Positions 60,470-62,248 of a stretch of 62,248 nucleotides of DNA are shown in pieces. Under the pieces are notes generated by a model. That model had not been told where the DNA came from. It worked only from the letters and a program-made list of their open reading frames with translations, and did not search any database. The DNA is from Negaprion brevirostris (taxonomy: Eukaryota). The position numbers and the translations under genes were made by a program. Within the stretch, counting starts at the first letter, position 1; the number at the start of each line of letters is the position of its first letter. The stretch spans positions 39,800,270-39,862,517 of the forward strand of contig JARDVH010000115.1 of the NCBI GenBank assembly GCA_030324005.1. The letters are read 5' to 3'.

Positions 60470-61620
60470 CGGAACAGAGTGGTATTGTCACTGGACTAGT
60501 GTGAGACCCAGGGTAATGCTCTGGGAAGATGTGTTTGAATCCCACCATGGCAGATGGTGGAATTTGAATTCAATAAAAAATTGGAACTTAGACTCTAACG
60601 ATGACCATGAAACCACTGTCAATTGTAAAAACTCATCTGTTTCACTAATGTCCTTTTGGGAAGGAAATCTGCTGTCCTCGTCTGATCTGGTGTACATGTG
60701 ACTACAGACCGAAAGCAATATGGTTGACACTTAAATGGCCTCGCAAGCTCCTCGGTTATATCAAAGTTGTGCTACAAAGCCAATAAATGAAACTGAATGG
60801 ATCACCCAGCATTGACTGGAAATAAAGACAAATCCAGTCCTACCTAGCCTATGAAGTTCTCCTATTTACACCTAGGGGCTTGTGCCAAAATTGGGAGAGC
60901 CTCAATCAAGCAACAGCCTGACATAGTCATGCTCATGGAGTCATAAGCTACGGCCAATGTCCCAGACACCACTGACAGGACAGATCCAGCAGACCCGATG
61001 ATACAGTAGTATGCAGTCAGGAAGCAGTTGCTCTTGCAGACCGCAACATCAGCTCTGGACCCCAAGAAGGGCATCAGGGTCAAACATGGGCAAGGAAACC
61101 TTCTGCTGATTATCATGACTACCTCCCACCCTCAGCTATACTCCTCTACATTAAGTACCACTTGGAGGAAGCACTGAGGGTGGCAAGGGCACAGAATGTT
61201 TTCTGAGGGACTTCAGTGTCTGTCACCAAGGGAGGCTCAGTAACCACCACAAACCAACCTGGCCAAAGCTTAAAGGGCATAGCTGTTGGACAGGATCGGT
61301 GAGGGAATTAAGAAGGGGGAAAAGCAGATTTGACCTCATCCACACCAACCTGCCTGCCACAGATACATCTGTCCATGACAGTAGCAGTAAGACTAATCAC
61401 AGCACAGTCCTTGTGGAGACAAAAATCCCATCTTCACTTTGAGGCTACCTAATATTGCGTAGTCTGGCATCACTATCTGATTTTGAACAGATCAAGTAAC
61501 TCAAGACTGGACACCTATGAGGCACTATGAGCCATCAGCAACAGGAGAATTGTACTCAACTACAATCTGTAACCTCATGGACTGGCATATCCCCCACTCT
61601 TTCATTACCACAAAACCAGA
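60470..61620 (+). mobile_element. 5' portion of APE-type LINE with SINE-like head
   Basis: Head homologous to 52125-52400, then RGLVPKLGE...IKQQPDIVMLMES (APE endonuclease motifs, degenerate). Confidence 0.7.
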
Positions 61621-61964
61621 ACTTTAAGTCTGGGTCAATGAGTCCACTGCTGCCCTGATTACACCAATTTCCCTCAGCTTCGCATGACAAGAATTCAGCT
61701 AGCCAGACCTTCAACTGAAACTGCTGCTCCATCAACCAATGCCTCTTTCTGGCTGAAAATGAGATGACCAAACTTCTGGCCTTGTAGGTCTCCCACAAAG
61801 GGGTTCACATCAGAAAGAATAATAATCAAACAAAAAGCATCACATTCAGTTTCCAGGACCTGAGCCAAGGATGGGCATCATTGAGAAGAAATTCTAAAAA
61901 GACTGAAGCATGGTCAGAGATCACAATACTACCTATAGTACAAGAGGCAACCAACTGCAGGTTC

Positions 61965-62190
61965 ATCTATATGGAGCCTGCACGTTCTCCCCATGTCTGC
62001 ATGGGTTTCCTCTGGGTGCTCCGCTTTCCTCCTACAGTCTGAAAGACGTGCTGATTAGGTGCAATGACCATGCTAAATTCTCCCTCAGGGTATCTCAACA
62101 GGCACTGGAATGTGGCATCTAGGAGGTTTTCACAGGAACTTAATTTCATTGTTAACGTAAGTCTAATTGTGACAATAATAATAAACTTTA
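61965..62190 (+). mobile_element. SINE, alternative-tail type, 5'-truncated
   Basis: Central domain and tail shared with 22802-23097. Confidence 0.85.
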
Positions 62191-62248
62191 ATACCTCTCA
62201 ACTACTGATCAAGAAAGAAGCAAAAGATACCTGCCCCACCTGGTGCCT

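Noticed and set aside
55952-62248. Upstream SLC35F4 coding exons
   Set aside because: No N-terminal SLC35F4-like peptide was found by eye; probably outside the window.

Overview
Eukaryotic, repeat-rich draft-assembly window with many N gaps. The SINE/LINE repertoire points to a shark or other elasmobranch (inference). It holds the last six coding exons of SLC35F4 on the minus strand (55951 to stop codon at 10415). The upstream exons were not found and are presumably beyond 62248. Introns and flanks contain CR1-type LINEs, two tail variants of a tRNA-headed SINE, a second SINE sharing both ends with an APE-type LINE, Rex1/Babar-like tails, a decayed Gypsy element, solo LTRs, PIF/Harbinger fossils and MITEs, minisatellites and a tRNA-Pro pseudogene. 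The most notable signal is a set of Penelope-like terminal repeats carrying minimal hammerhead-ribozyme motifs. One forms an inverted pair with a 13-bp target-site duplication around about 1.35 kb of visible unrelated DNA (31291-33180). Another is a 182-bp fold-back palindrome centred on the ribozyme, directly downstream of the tRNA-Pro Pol III promoter (37164-37438). No prokaryotic system or CRISPR array is supported. Exon boundaries were read base by base; most repeat boundaries are approximate and repeat family names come from motif recognition, not database searches.
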